A DNA stretch of 64,000 nucleotides from the NCBI GenBank assembly GCA_963777605.1, contig CAVZRV010000030.1, forward strand, positions 224,001 to 288,000. Direction: 5' to 3'. The position numbers and the translations under genes were made by a program. This DNA is from an uncultured Acidobacteriota bacterium. GTDB taxonomy: Bacteria > Acidobacteriota > UBA6911 > RPQK01 > JAPXNP01. Below the pieces are notes generated by a model. The model was given only the letters and a program-made list of their open reading frames with translations, was not told the DNA's origin and did no database searches. This document shows positions 29,726 to 39,088 of this stretch, in pieces. Every line of letters starts with the position of its first letter. The stretch's first letter is position 1.

Positions 29726-30478
29726 ATGGCACGGAAACCCGTGATTGCTGGAAACTGGAAAATGTTCAAGACCCAGCCTGAGGTTGCCCGTACCATTCAG
29801 GGTCTCCGCGAGAAAGTGGATGGTCATTCGGCGGTGGAGGTGGTGGTTTGCCCCACCTCCACCGGCTTGGCCGCCGCCGCAGAAGCCTTGAAGGGTTCGA
29901 CGATTGGGCTCGGCGCACAGAACGTGCACTGGGCCGACGAGGGCGCATATACCGGTGAGATTTCAGTCTCCATGCTTCAGGACGCAGGCTGCCAGTATGT
30001 CATTCTGGGTCACTCGGAACGCAGGCAGTACTTTCACGAGACCGATGAACTCATCGCTAAGAAACTTCAGAAGGTCTTGACGACCAGCCTGACCCCGATC
30101 CTGTGCGTCGGGGAGATGCTCCAGGAGAGGGAAGCCGGGCGCGTCGAAGAGGTAATTCTGGGGCAGTTGAAGGGCGACCTGGCCGGATTGACAGAGGAGC
30201 AGGTATCCCGTATTATCGTCGCTTACGAACCGGTCTGGGCAATCGGAACGGGCAGAACTGCGACTCCTGAGGTCGCAGAAGAAGTCCACCGAATGATCCG
30301 TGAATGGCTTCGGAACACCTACTCGGAAAGTCTTTCGGGAGGTTTGCGTATTCTGTATGGAGGCAGCGTGAAGCCCGGCAATACTGCCGAGCTCATGGCT
30401 CAGCCTGATATTGATGGTGCGTTGGTTGGAGGCGCCAGTCTTGATGCCGACTCCTTCGCTCGAATTGTTAAATACTGA
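29726..30478 (+). CDS. tpiA: Triosephosphate isomerase
   Basis: AGNWKM, GHSERR, AYEPVWAIGTG, LVGGASL. Confidence 0.98.
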   Translation: MARKPVIAGNWKMFKTQPEVARTIQGLREKVDGHSAVEVVVCPTSTGLAAAAEALKGSTIGLGAQNVHWADEGAYTGEISVSMLQDAGCQYVILGHSERRQYFHETDELIAKKLQKVLTTSLTPILCVGEMLQEREAGRVEEVILGQLKGDLAGLTEEQVSRIIVAYEPVWAIGTGRTATPEVAEEVHRMIREWLRNTYSESLSGGLRILYGGSVKPGNTAELMAQPDIDGALVGGASLDADSFARIVKY

Positions 30479-30483
30479 ATCTC

Positions 30484-30894
30484 ATGTATTACATACTCTT
30501 GCTGTTCCATCTGATTGCATCCATTGTGCTTATCCTGGTGGTTTTGCTGCAGTCCGGTAAAGCGGGCGACTTGGCCTCTGCGTTCGGAGGAACTTCGAGC
30601 CAGACCGCTTTCGGGGCCCGCAGCGCCGCGACCGTCTTGACCAAGGCGACCGCTGCAGCCGCAATCGTGTTCGTGCTGACCTCGCTTGGCCTGGCCATCT
30701 ATTACAGCCGGGGTACCGAGTCGACGATCATGGACACGGCCAATCCCACCACGCAAAGCCAGCCGGCTGCAACTCAGGCACCGGCCGCGACACCACAGAC
30801 GCCGGCGGCTCAACCCGAGCAAACGCCGCCGCCTGCCGGTGGTGGTCAGCAACAGCAGGAGACGCCTCCTCCGGCTAACGGCGGAGGTCAGTAG
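30484..30894 (+). CDS. secG: Preprotein translocase subunit SecG (with P/Q/A/T-rich tail)
   Basis: VLLQSGK..DL..AFGG..SQT.FG..LTK.T; conserved tpiA-secG order. Confidence 0.95.
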   Translation: MYYILLLFHLIASIVLILVVLLQSGKAGDLASAFGGTSSQTAFGARSAATVLTKATAAAAIVFVLTSLGLAIYYSRGTESTIMDTANPTTQSQPAATQAPAATPQTPAAQPEQTPPPAGGGQQQQETPPPANGGGQ

Positions 30895-30905
30895 GTCTTG
30901 ACAGT

Positions 30906-30993
30906 GCCGGAGTGGTGGAACATGGCAGACACACCATCTTGAGGGGGTGGCGCCCGAAAGGGTGTGCGGGTTCAAATCCCGCCTCCGGCACCA
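30906..30993 (+). tRNA. tRNA-Leu (anticodon GAG)
   Basis: GCCGGAG acceptor pairs with CTCCGGC+A+CCA; anticodon stem CCATC/GGTGG with loop TTGAGGG; long variable arm; GGTTCAAATCC T-arm; classic secG-tRNA-Leu(GAG) synteny. Confidence 0.97.
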
Positions 30994-31010
30994 GCCAATT
31001 ATTCGTGTTG

Positions 31011-31052
31011 AAAAGCAAAGGGGTTGGCGCAGCGCCAACCCCTTTGCTTTTT
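31011..31052 (+). terminator. Intrinsic terminator (likely bidirectional)
   Basis: AAAAGCAAAGGGGTTGGCGC-A-GCGCCAACCCCTTTGCTTTTTT. Confidence 0.85.
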
Positions 31053-31274
31053 TGGGATGCGGAGCTGAAACGTTCCGCTTTAAACCCCGCCCGCCCGGCA
31101 GCACTCCACGGACGCAGGCCCGGTGTGGGCCAGCCTCTGTGTCCCTGCCGGTCCCGCGGACAACTATTCCCCAGGTCCGTCACTCCAAATTGTGAGAAGC
31201 TCTCGCTCGTGACGAGAGGGAACCTTCGGATTTTTCAAGCTGCCTCTTCATTCGGGCTGCTATAATTCGCCGGC

Positions 31275-33146
31275 ATGATCGGCCGAATTCTCGTGCTGAC
31301 GCTCGTCGCCTCGTTCACGATCTCCTGCGGGCCCCGGGAACACTCGATTTCATATGTGCGGACTGGAAATCGCATCGAGCTGGTGGGGGAAATTTCCTTT
31401 GAAGGGCCGCTCGAGATGGAGATTAGAAGTCAGCGGAATCATCGGGTCAGCAGGCTTTCGGACCGAGTTCCAGGGGATCAACCCGCTCCCGGGTCGCCTG
31501 CTTCGGGCCGCGAGATCTGGTTTCCGGTTGTCGATATTGAATTGAGCCCAGACCTTGAGGCGGTGGCTGAATTTGACGGAGTTTCAACGTTCGACAGGGC
31601 AAGTTGGAACGGGAACTTCTGGAGAAATAGCGTCCCTTTACGCCCTCGAAACGTGTTCAGCGACAAGATCGAACACTGGGAAAACGGTCTCTATGTGGAG
31701 TCGAGTACCGCTGAACTGCGGGAATTCTATCTTCGCAAAACGATTCCTGATGGCGCCGGGCAATGGCCGGCGTTTCGCTCCCTGACAGACGACTGGGCCG
31801 GCAATGTCCGCCTCTTCCGAACGAGCGGAGGCGATCGGGAAGAAGTCGCCTCTTTAGAAATATCACTTCCGACGCGCGAAGCTTGTGCCCCCGTTTCTGG
31901 GGATTCAGAAAAAGAGGTGACTGACGCGATTTTGGCGGACATCGAATTCCTCCTTCGATGTCGAAATGTGAACCCGAGAAGTCCAACGTTCGGCGGCTTG
32001 TACCTGTTCTACGATCTGGACGCCAGGACTTTCCGTCGTTCGGATTGGGTTTGGACGTGGGGTCCGGCGATTCGATTTCTCATCGATGCGTCCAAGGTTC
32101 CGGAGGTAGCCCGTCGCTATGGGGAAGAAAAGCTGCTTGCGGTGGCTCGTGAAATCGGCGACGCAAGTCTCCGCTTTTTCGTCGAGGATCCGGAGAGTCC
32201 TGCCGACGGGTTGCTGATAACCCGTTTTGATCCGACGGTTCGTTACCCTCATGGGTATTCCGGATTTGCAGGTCCGGCGGACGCGTTCTTTCTGGCCGGA
32301 TGGGGATACCTTCCGCTTTTCGAGGCTACTGGGGACCGGCGCTTCCTGGATGCATCCGTGCGACTGGTCAACCAGACTGAACGGCTGCTGGCCCAGGATC
32401 CTGTGATCGAACAGGACTTTGTTTTCGGTTCCGGCAAGTGGAAGAACTGGACCATGGACGAGTCGGGGTTCGGCATGGAAGCCTTCGCGGAAGTGTTCCG
32501 GGTGACTCAGGATCCAGCGTACCGGGAACTCGGACGCCGGTATCTTGCCAGTCTTACATCGGTTCTGGCCCGTGGAGACGGGTTATGGGACCGGACCTGG
32601 CATCGCAAAGACCCGACGAGAGAAGATGACAGTTGGCCGATCGAGGGACCGGACGGCATCCCGATCCGGGTACCGACCAATGCCAATACTCGGGGATTGA
32701 GCTGGGCAATGATGGGACTTCTTGCTGCCGACCGCCTTCTTCCGGGAGAGGGACACCTGGACCAGGCCAACCGGATGGCGAAGCACCTGATGGATGCCCA
32801 GCATCCCGATGGTCATTGGAATTTTCTCTATGACCGTCCGGAAAGTGAAGTCGGCATCAGCGAAAAGGGGACTGCGATTTTCAGTGCGCTGTTTTATCGG
32901 CTGTATCAGAAAACCCGGCATGCCGAGCACCTCGAAACGGCTCGCAAGGCATTGTACTGGTGTCTCCAACATCGGGTTTCAGAGAGCCAGGACGGTTTGG
33001 CGTGCGGAGGGATCGTGGGGCGGACACCTGCCTCGGGAGTGGTCTATCGGCGCTGGTATCCACTGATTTGCACTTACACGATGTCCTTTTACGGCAACGC
33101 GCTTCTGGCTGAGTTGGGCACCAAGAGAGAAGATCTGTCACCGTGA
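31275..33146 (+). CDS. Putative lipoprotein with (alpha/alpha)6 six-hairpin glycosidase-like domain
   Basis: Lipobox-like FTISC; helical repeats LFEATGDRRFLD, FRVTQDPAY, DGLW.R, RGLSWAMMGL, QHPDGHW (GH88/GH105/AGE-like). Confidence 0.6.
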   Translation: MIGRILVLTLVASFTISCGPREHSISYVRTGNRIELVGEISFEGPLEMEIRSQRNHRVSRLSDRVPGDQPAPGSPASGREIWFPVVDIELSPDLEAVAEFDGVSTFDRASWNGNFWRNSVPLRPRNVFSDKIEHWENGLYVESSTAELREFYLRKTIPDGAGQWPAFRSLTDDWAGNVRLFRTSGGDREEVASLEISLPTREACAPVSGDSEKEVTDAILADIEFLLRCRNVNPRSPTFGGLYLFYDLDARTFRRSDWVWTWGPAIRFLIDASKVPEVARRYGEEKLLAVAREIGDASLRFFVEDPESPADGLLITRFDPTVRYPHGYSGFAGPADAFFLAGWGYLPLFEATGDRRFLDASVRLVNQTERLLAQDPVIEQDFVFGSGKWKNWTMDESGFGMEAFAEVFRVTQDPAYRELGRRYLASLTSVLARGDGLWDRTWHRKDPTREDDSWPIEGPDGIPIRVPTNANTRGLSWAMMGLLAADRLLPGEGHLDQANRMAKHLMDAQHPDGHWNFLYDRPESEVGISEKGTAIFSALFYRLYQKTRHAEHLETARKALYWCLQHRVSESQDGLACGGIVGRTPASGVVYRRWYPLICTYTMSFYGNALLAELGTKREDLSP

Positions 33147-34525
33147 CTGTCTCTGCCGAGTCTTCCATCCCGCAATCGCGTCTCAAGCAGTTGAATGATC
33201 GTCCCGTCCGCCCTGGGCGTTACGTTCTTTACTGGATGCAGCAATCGCAGCGGGCTGAGGAGAACCATGCCCTTGAATTCGCTATCGAACGGGCGAATCA
33301 GTGTGGCGTAGGTGTGGTGGTCATCTTCGGTTTGACGGCCGATTATCCGGAGGCCAACCGGCGTCACTACACCTTCATGCTCGAGGGTCTCCAGGATTCG
33401 GTTGAGGCACTTGCGCGGCGGGGGATCCCGATGGTCGTGCGGGTCGGAAATCCTCCCGAAGTGGCGCTTTCGCTTGCGGACGACGCCTGCATCCTGGTCT
33501 GTGACCGGGGCTACCTGAGGAACCAGAAGGCCTGGCGGCGGGAGGTGGCCGAGCGGTCGCCATGTGCGGTGTGCCAGGTCGAGAGTGACGTCGTGGTTCC
33601 GGTGGAAGTGACCTCGGGCAAAGCGGAGTACGCGGCGCGAACGATTCGTCCCCGGATTCACCGGGAGTGGGATCGATACCTGGTTGAGTTCGAGTCGATC
33701 GCATTGGAAAACCCGGTTTCTTCACCGGCAGACGGCCTGGACCTGCGGGACATCGATCGGGCGGCAGGGCAGTTGGGCCTGTCGGCGGACTTGCCTGCCG
33801 TGGGAGCCTGGTTTCGCGGCGGCACCTGCGAGGCCAAGCGGCGCTATGACGAGTTTCTGGGCGAGAAACTCACCCGGTATTCCGAACACCGCAACCAGCC
33901 CCAAACTGACGACGTCTCGGGGATGAGCCCGTATCTGCACTTCGGACAGGTCTCTCCCCTCTACCTGGCGATCGAGGCTCGACGGCGTCTGGCCGTGGCT
34001 CCTCGCGATGTGGAAACCCTCCTGGAGGAACTGATCGTACGACGGGAACTGGCCGTCAATTTTGTGGAATATACACACGACTACGATTCATTCGAGTGCC
34101 TTCCGTCCTGGGCCAGGACGACGCTCGGGAAGCATGAGTCTGATCGTCGGCCACACCTTTATTCCAGAGAAGAGCTGGTCTCCGCCCGGACGCACGATCC
34201 CTACTGGAATGCCGCAATGATGGAGATGGTCCAGACCGGGTTCATGCACAACTACATGCGGATGTACTGGGGGAAGAAGCTCCTGGAGTGGTCTTCTTCC
34301 CCGCAAGAGGCCTACCGCACAGCACTGACCCTCAACAATCGTTACTTTCTCGACGGCCGGGATGCGAACTCCTTTGCCGGTGTCGGTTGGGTGTTCGGAC
34401 TGCACGACCGACCCTGGGCCGAGCGGTCGATTTTCGGGACGATCCGCTACATGGCGGCTTCGGGACTTGAACGAAAGTGTGACATCCAAGCCTACGTCGA
34501 GAAGATCGATCGCCTGGTCGACTAA
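33143..34525 (+). CDS. phr: Class II CPD DNA photolyase
   Basis: VLYWMQ..QR...NHAL, EYAARTIRP, SPYLHFGQ, EELIVRREL, THDPYWNAA, MHNYMRMYWGKK, LDGRD.N, HDRPW.ER.IFG.IRYM. Confidence 0.93.
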   Translation: MTVSAESSIPQSRLKQLNDRPVRPGRYVLYWMQQSQRAEENHALEFAIERANQCGVGVVVIFGLTADYPEANRRHYTFMLEGLQDSVEALARRGIPMVVRVGNPPEVALSLADDACILVCDRGYLRNQKAWRREVAERSPCAVCQVESDVVVPVEVTSGKAEYAARTIRPRIHREWDRYLVEFESIALENPVSSPADGLDLRDIDRAAGQLGLSADLPAVGAWFRGGTCEAKRRYDEFLGEKLTRYSEHRNQPQTDDVSGMSPYLHFGQVSPLYLAIEARRRLAVAPRDVETLLEELIVRRELAVNFVEYTHDYDSFECLPSWARTTLGKHESDRRPHLYSREELVSARTHDPYWNAAMMEMVQTGFMHNYMRMYWGKKLLEWSSSPQEAYRTALTLNNRYFLDGRDANSFAGVGWVFGLHDRPWAERSIFGTIRYMAASGLERKCDIQAYVEKIDRLVD

Positions 34526-36864
34526 AAGAACTGCATCGCGTACGAAAACTTCACGCCCCGGCCGATTTCCGGAGCAAGGTCCTTGATGAAGGAAACGTGG
34601 TTGCGGTAGAGCTCGTTCCCTGCATTGAAGACCTCGAACGAGAAGTGGTGAACGAAGTGCTGGGCCGGCTTTGTGTAGGAGGCCTTCAGGTTCACCACGC
34701 GGTATCCGGCCGTTCGGGTCTCATTCGGAAAAAGGTCGTCCTGGGCCGCGGCGAGGACGACCTCTGGCCGAACGCTGAAGCCGCCGTGGCGAAGATCGAC
34801 ACCGACTCTTCCTTTCAGCGGAGGAATGCGGGGGAGCGGAGTGTTCGTTTCGGTCAGCTTTGCGTCGACCATGTCGACTCCAAGATTGAGCCAGAGGATC
34901 GAGTTGAGCCCGACGTCGAGACCAAGTTCCGAGCCGATAAAGCGACTCGTTCCCTGCTCATAGTGCAGCGCCCGCAGGCCATCCTGGATGATGTTGGTCG
35001 AGGCCCCGTACACGAAGTCGCTGATGTGGTAGTAGAAGAAGTTGGCTTCACCTCTGAGCCGGTCACCGGCCTGGCGCAGCGAGAGATCGAACCCGTTGGA
35101 ACGCTCCCGGACCAGGTCGGGGTTGCCGATCTCGAAGGCGAGGTTTCCGACATGGGGACCGTAGTTGTAAAGCTCCTCGAGGCTGGGGGCGCGAAACGAA
35201 CTGGCAACGTTGGCGACGAATGCCCCATCCGTCCACAACTTGAACCTCGCTCCGGCCGCCGCCGAGAGCCCGGTGAAGCGGCGATTCGAGTAGGGAACCT
35301 GGTCGAGTACGGACGATCCGGTGGTGTCGGCGGGGCAGGTCTGGCAAATCCCGGACGGATCGTAACCCGCGTGCTCAAGACGGCCTCCGAACTGGAACTT
35401 GACGCGCTCAAGTGCCAGTTCCTCAAGGGCGAAGAGGGCCACTGTGTTCTGTTTTACCGGTGGAGACAAGGCTTCCACACCGGTTGCAGTGTAGTCGCGA
35501 AGGGCCGTGTAGACGCCGAATGTGCCACTCAGGTTGCCGGCGGCGCGCTGTTCGAGGTCTGCTCTCATCACCCATTGCTTGTTGTCGAACTGGGTTCCCA
35601 CCGATTCATCGCCGGATGGGAAAATCTCCAGTTCTCGATGTTTCCAGCGGCTGTAGCTCGAGGTAACCCGAACCGCATGGACGGGGCTGTCGAGTTCCTG
35701 GAGTCCACCGCTGAAACGGAAGCTGTGCTGGGTCCAGTCCACGTCAACGGCCTGGGGGTCCCCCTCCTGCTGAAGCGTCTGGTCTGGAGCGAGGCTGAGA
35801 GCCTGGACGGTCGAAGAAGCCGGTGTCGAAGGACCCTCGAAGGTCGTGGCGAACGGAATCCCGTAGCGCCCGTCTCTCAGGTTGTAGCCGAAGGTCAAAT
35901 AGGGTGATTTTCCGAACCAGCCGAGCCCGGCGGAACCGTTCGAGATGCGTGCCTTCGAGTTGTCGACCTTGCCTTCCGGAGTGGAATAGTCGCCCGTTCT
36001 CTGGGCACCGCTCCCGCCCCAGACCATCCAGGGACCCCATCCGTATTCCGCCGTGACCCCGGCTCCGAGGAGCCCGTTGTTGGAACCGGCGGAACTGGAC
36101 AGCTGCCCGCGGATCCCTTCGTGGCGATGCTTGTGCATTTCGTGGTGGCGGGAAATCGCGTTGACGACGCCTCCCAGCGCGCTGCTGCCGTAGAGAAGGG
36201 TCGCGGGACCCTTGACCACCTCGAGGCGTTCCAGGCTCACCGGGTCGATCGGTTCCGCATGGTCTCCGGACTGGGACCCGAGCGATCCGACGGGGAGGCC
36301 GTCTGACATTATCAGGACCCGGTCCCCGTCAAACCCGCGGATGACCGGTCGCGCGCTTCCCGGGCCAAAGCTCCGCTTGGCGACGCCCAGTTGGCCCTGC
36401 AACACTTCTCCAATCGATGGTGCGGCGTTGTCGGCCAGGGAAAAGCTGTCCATGGTCGTCACGGATTGAACCGCCTGGAACGTCGTCTCGTGGCGGTTGG
36501 AAGATGTGACGGTGACGTTTTCGTGTACTGCGGAGATCGCCAGGGAGAGTTGCAGTTGGGCCACCTGACCGGGAGTAACCTGCACGAGTTTGGCCTGCGA
36601 CGTGAGCGAAGACATATAGGCGAAAATGTCGTAACTGCCCTCCGGTACCGATTCGAAACGGAAGTGTCCGTCGTGGTCGGTTTCTACGGTCTTCCCGGTT
36701 TCCACGATCATGACGGTGGCGTGGTGGGCCGGCGTTCCATCATCTCCGAGGACGGTGCCTTCGATGGTGCCCGTACCGGCCCCCGACAGCGAACGAAGCA
36801 GGAGTAAAACCACGAAAGTAGGGACAATGCCGCTGTAAATGGTTTTTAAACAAAGCTTTATCAT
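34522..36864 (-). CDS. TonB-dependent receptor, ZnuD-like (Zn/metal uptake), with N-terminal carboxypeptidase-regulatory domain
   Basis: FGPGSARPVIRGFDGDRV, GDHAEPID, EVVKGPATLLYGS, His-rich HHEMHKHRH, RAPSLEELY..GPH..FEIG, LPRIPP, C-terminal Phe. Confidence 0.88.
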   Translation of the reverse strand: MIKLCLKTIYSGIVPTFVVLLLLRSLSGAGTGTIEGTVLGDDGTPAHHATVMIVETGKTVETDHDGHFRFESVPEGSYDIFAYMSSLTSQAKLVQVTPGQVAQLQLSLAISAVHENVTVTSSNRHETTFQAVQSVTTMDSFSLADNAAPSIGEVLQGQLGVAKRSFGPGSARPVIRGFDGDRVLIMSDGLPVGSLGSQSGDHAEPIDPVSLERLEVVKGPATLLYGSSALGGVVNAISRHHEMHKHRHEGIRGQLSSSAGSNNGLLGAGVTAEYGWGPWMVWGGSGAQRTGDYSTPEGKVDNSKARISNGSAGLGWFGKSPYLTFGYNLRDGRYGIPFATTFEGPSTPASSTVQALSLAPDQTLQQEGDPQAVDVDWTQHSFRFSGGLQELDSPVHAVRVTSSYSRWKHRELEIFPSGDESVGTQFDNKQWVMRADLEQRAAGNLSGTFGVYTALRDYTATGVEALSPPVKQNTVALFALEELALERVKFQFGGRLEHAGYDPSGICQTCPADTTGSSVLDQVPYSNRRFTGLSAAAGARFKLWTDGAFVANVASSFRAPSLEELYNYGPHVGNLAFEIGNPDLVRERSNGFDLSLRQAGDRLRGEANFFYYHISDFVYGASTNIIQDGLRALHYEQGTSRFIGSELGLDVGLNSILWLNLGVDMVDAKLTETNTPLPRIPPLKGRVGVDLRHGGFSVRPEVVLAAAQDDLFPNETRTAGYRVVNLKASYTKPAQHFVHHFSFEVFNAGNELYRNHVSFIKDLAPEIGRGVKFSYAMQFF

Positions 36865-36965
36865 TAGACAGAACCCCAAACTCAAAAATACTAAGTGATC
36901 AAATCTTCTGGGAAACGGGCAACCCATCCACGGTTGCGCCATCTGAAACGGCATCACTTTGGGTA

Positions 36966-37307
36966 TTAGCGGAGCGTTGGAGGACTCCTCCCCAGCTGTG
37001 ATACCGGGGAGAGAATCACCTTCAAATGCTCGTCGGAGGCGGCGGCACCGAGGTGAGGAAGCGATGTGAGTAGTGTGGCCAGCGCAAGAGCCGGAAAGAG
37101 CACCGTCGAATGTGGACAGCGGTGCCCCGGTTCGGCAATGCGTTCAATGGACGCCAGCGGATCGCCCTGGGGCGCGTGCGAGTCAACCGAGAGGGGCAGG
37201 TGACCCGCAATCCTGGGACCGCTCTCCAAAGCCCACATCGACCCGAACGCCAACAGGGCGAATACCAAAAATGCAGCGCTGAGTCGGTGAATCAATTGAC
37301 GACGCAT
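36966..37307 (-). CDS. Putative leader/arrest-peptide ORF (DUF2946/CruR-like) upstream of the TonB receptor
   Basis: 113 aa: N-terminal hydrophobic signal, central HRCPH, C-terminal LGRSPP-TLR; ends about 100 nt before the receptor on the same strand. Confidence 0.6.
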   Translation of the reverse strand: MRRQLIHRLSAAFLVFALLAFGSMWALESGPRIAGHLPLSVDSHAPQGDPLASIERIAEPGHRCPHSTVLFPALALATLLTSLPHLGAAASDEHLKVILSPVSQLGRSPPTLR

Positions 37308-37429
37308 GGCCTTAGAGGCTTCGAATTGGAATGAATGTACCACAGAAGAACGTCCCCCGGCGCAGGTTGTCAGCCTTCTCTGCTACTAGTGTTGTGGAAA
37401 GGAGCGGCATCCAGAGGTCGGAAGGTAGT

Positions 37430-37744
37430 ATGGGTTTTGCGCATTCAAGTGAGGGAGAGTTCGCTCGCTTTCTTGATTTCTACCAGGTCCAGTGGCGGTA
37501 TGAGCCGATCTGTTTCCCGATCGAGTGGGACGAGTCGGGGCGGGTCGTAGCAGCATTCACACCGGATTTCTACCTTCCCGAGTTCGACATTTTCGTCGAG
37601 TTGACCACGATGAAGCAGCGGCTGGTCACCAAGAAGAATCGGAAGATCAGGCGGATGCGGGAACTCTACCCGGAGTTCCGGATCAAGATCCTCTACCGGC
37701 GGGATTACCGGAAGCTGCTCTTCAAGTTTGGGGAAATCGCATGA
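37430..37744 (+). CDS. Conserved hypothetical protein with PD-(D/E)xK-like motif
   Basis: FAHSSE.EFA..LDFY..W.YEP..F..FTPDFYLPEFDIFVELTT.KQ; stop overlaps the hpt ATG (ATGA). Confidence 0.7.
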   Translation: MGFAHSSEGEFARFLDFYQVQWRYEPICFPIEWDESGRVVAAFTPDFYLPEFDIFVELTTMKQRLVTKKNRKIRRMRELYPEFRIKILYRRDYRKLLFKFGEIA

Positions 37745-38291
37745 GCGTCCAGGGGGTGATGGTCCCTTCCGGGATACCGCCGATTCGGGATACGGTTCTG
37801 GATCGTGCAACGATTGCGCGGCGAGTTTCCGAGTTGGGCCGGGAAATCAGTGCCGACTACCAGGGCAGGGAAGTCGTCCTGGTTGGAATCCTGAAGGGGG
37901 CATACCTGTTCGCGAGCGACCTGGCCCGGTCCGTTTCCGTTCCCTGCCAACTGGAGTTCGTTTCCATCAGCAGGTACCGTCGGTCAACCGGGTTCAAGGA
38001 AGTGCGTCTCATCAAGGATGTAGACCTCGATCTTTCGGACCGTCACGTGATCCTGGTAGAGGACATCGTTGACACGGGCTTGACACTGCGTTACCTGGTG
38101 GATGAACTTTCCGGCCGATCCCCCGATCAATTGAGATTTGCAGCCTGCTCGATCGTCCTGACCTCCGTCTGGCCGACATTCCCTTGCGTTACGTCGGTTT
38201 CAACGTCAGTGAAGAGTTCCTCGTGGGCTACGGACTCGACTTCAGAGAACAGTACCGGGGACTCCCCTTCATAGCCACCCTGGACCTGTAA
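37741..38291 (+). CDS. hpt: Hypoxanthine phosphoribosyltransferase; one-base frameshift near 38133
   Basis: LGREISADY, GILKGA..F..DL, VEDIVDTGLTL. After restoring one base it continues EICSLLDRP..YVGF..EFLVGYGLDFREQYRGLPFI to TAA at 38289-91. Confidence 0.85.
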
Positions 38292-38350
38292 AGCCATCGT
38301 GTCTTCCCTCTGCCGATCGAGACCTCCCGGTCCGTCCAGTTTTACCAAGT

Positions 38351-38520
38351 CAGCCCCGCCCGCGCCTTCCGCGGATCGTTCAGACAGTGAAACTTCCACG
38401 AGTGGTTTGAACCGCAAGGACGCGAAGGCGCTAAGAAATCTCTTGTTTTCAACAATAAAGCGCTTTGCGATCTTCGCGTCTTGGCGTTTCAACTCGATGT
38501 TTTGCAGATGAAGTCTCGGG
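38351..38520 (+). repeat. Interspersed ~170-bp palindromic element, family A, copy 1
   Basis: CAGCCCCGCC..GCGGATC..AGTGAAA..TGAACCGCAAGGACGCGAAGGCGCTAAG..TTTTCAACAA..CTTTGCGATCTTCGCGTCTTGGCGTTTCAA; homologous to 38913, 56081 and 57950. Confidence 0.85.
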
Positions 38521-38585
38521 AAGCCGCCGTCCAGGTTTTCCAGTCCGTCCAGGCTACCATCCCGCAGCGGCTATAATTCGAGGTC

Positions 38586-38830
38586 ATGGACTGGCGGTTC
38601 TATCTGGGGGCCTGGGCGTTTTTTTCATCTTGCTTGGAGTTTTCTACGCCGTAGCCTGGTCGGTACTGCTCCAGATCCGGGAGAACTACTATCGGTACTT
38701 TCAGAAGGCAGACCTCCAGTGGACCGGGCCGGAGAGCCGGTTCCCGCGCAAGCGAATTCGGGTGGTCCCTCTCGTGGTCATCGCGATCGCCAGCGCATGG
38801 CTGGTTGTGCACCTGGTGATTCGTCCTTGA
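38586..38830 (+). CDS. Small two-TM membrane protein (probable one-base deletion in the G-run at 38606-38610)
   Basis: TATAAT-N8-ATG gives MDWRFYLG; a one-base shift joins GLGVFFILLGVFYAVAW..VVPLVVIAIASAWLVVHLVIRP. Confidence 0.5.
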
Positions 38831-38912
38831 GTGGGCGCTCGATGCTTTTGAACCGGTTGGGAATCGTAAGCTAAGATGGGGCAGCGATGGTGATCTCGAA
38901 CAGATACCTGGG

Positions 38913-39088
38913 CAGCCCCGCCCCCGCGCCCTGCGCGGATCCTTCAGAAAGTGAAATTCGCCATGAGGGTTTTGAACCGCAAAGACGCCAAGGCGCTAAG
39001 AACTCTTTTCTTTTCAACAACAAAGCCCTTCGCGATCTTAGCGTCTTTGCGTTTCGATTCAACATCTCTCAAATGAAGTTTCAGGTTG
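38913..39088 (+). repeat. Family A palindromic element, copy 2 (overlaps the start of the TPR gene)
   Basis: CAGCCCCGCCCCCGCGCCCTGCGCGGATCCTTCAGAAAGTGAAA..TGAACCGCAAAGACGCCAAGGCGCTAAG..TTTTCAACAA..CTTCGCGATCTTAGCGTCTTTGCGTTTC..ATGAAGTTTCAGG. Confidence 0.85.

Noticed and set aside
30740-30890. Low-complexity repeat in the secG 3' end
   Set aside because: Pro/Gln/Ala/Thr-rich disordered tails are common on SecG; not a DNA repeat element.
30906-34525. Genomic island integrated at tRNA-Leu
   Set aside because: No integrase, no duplicated tRNA 3' end noticed, and an intact terminator follows the tRNA.
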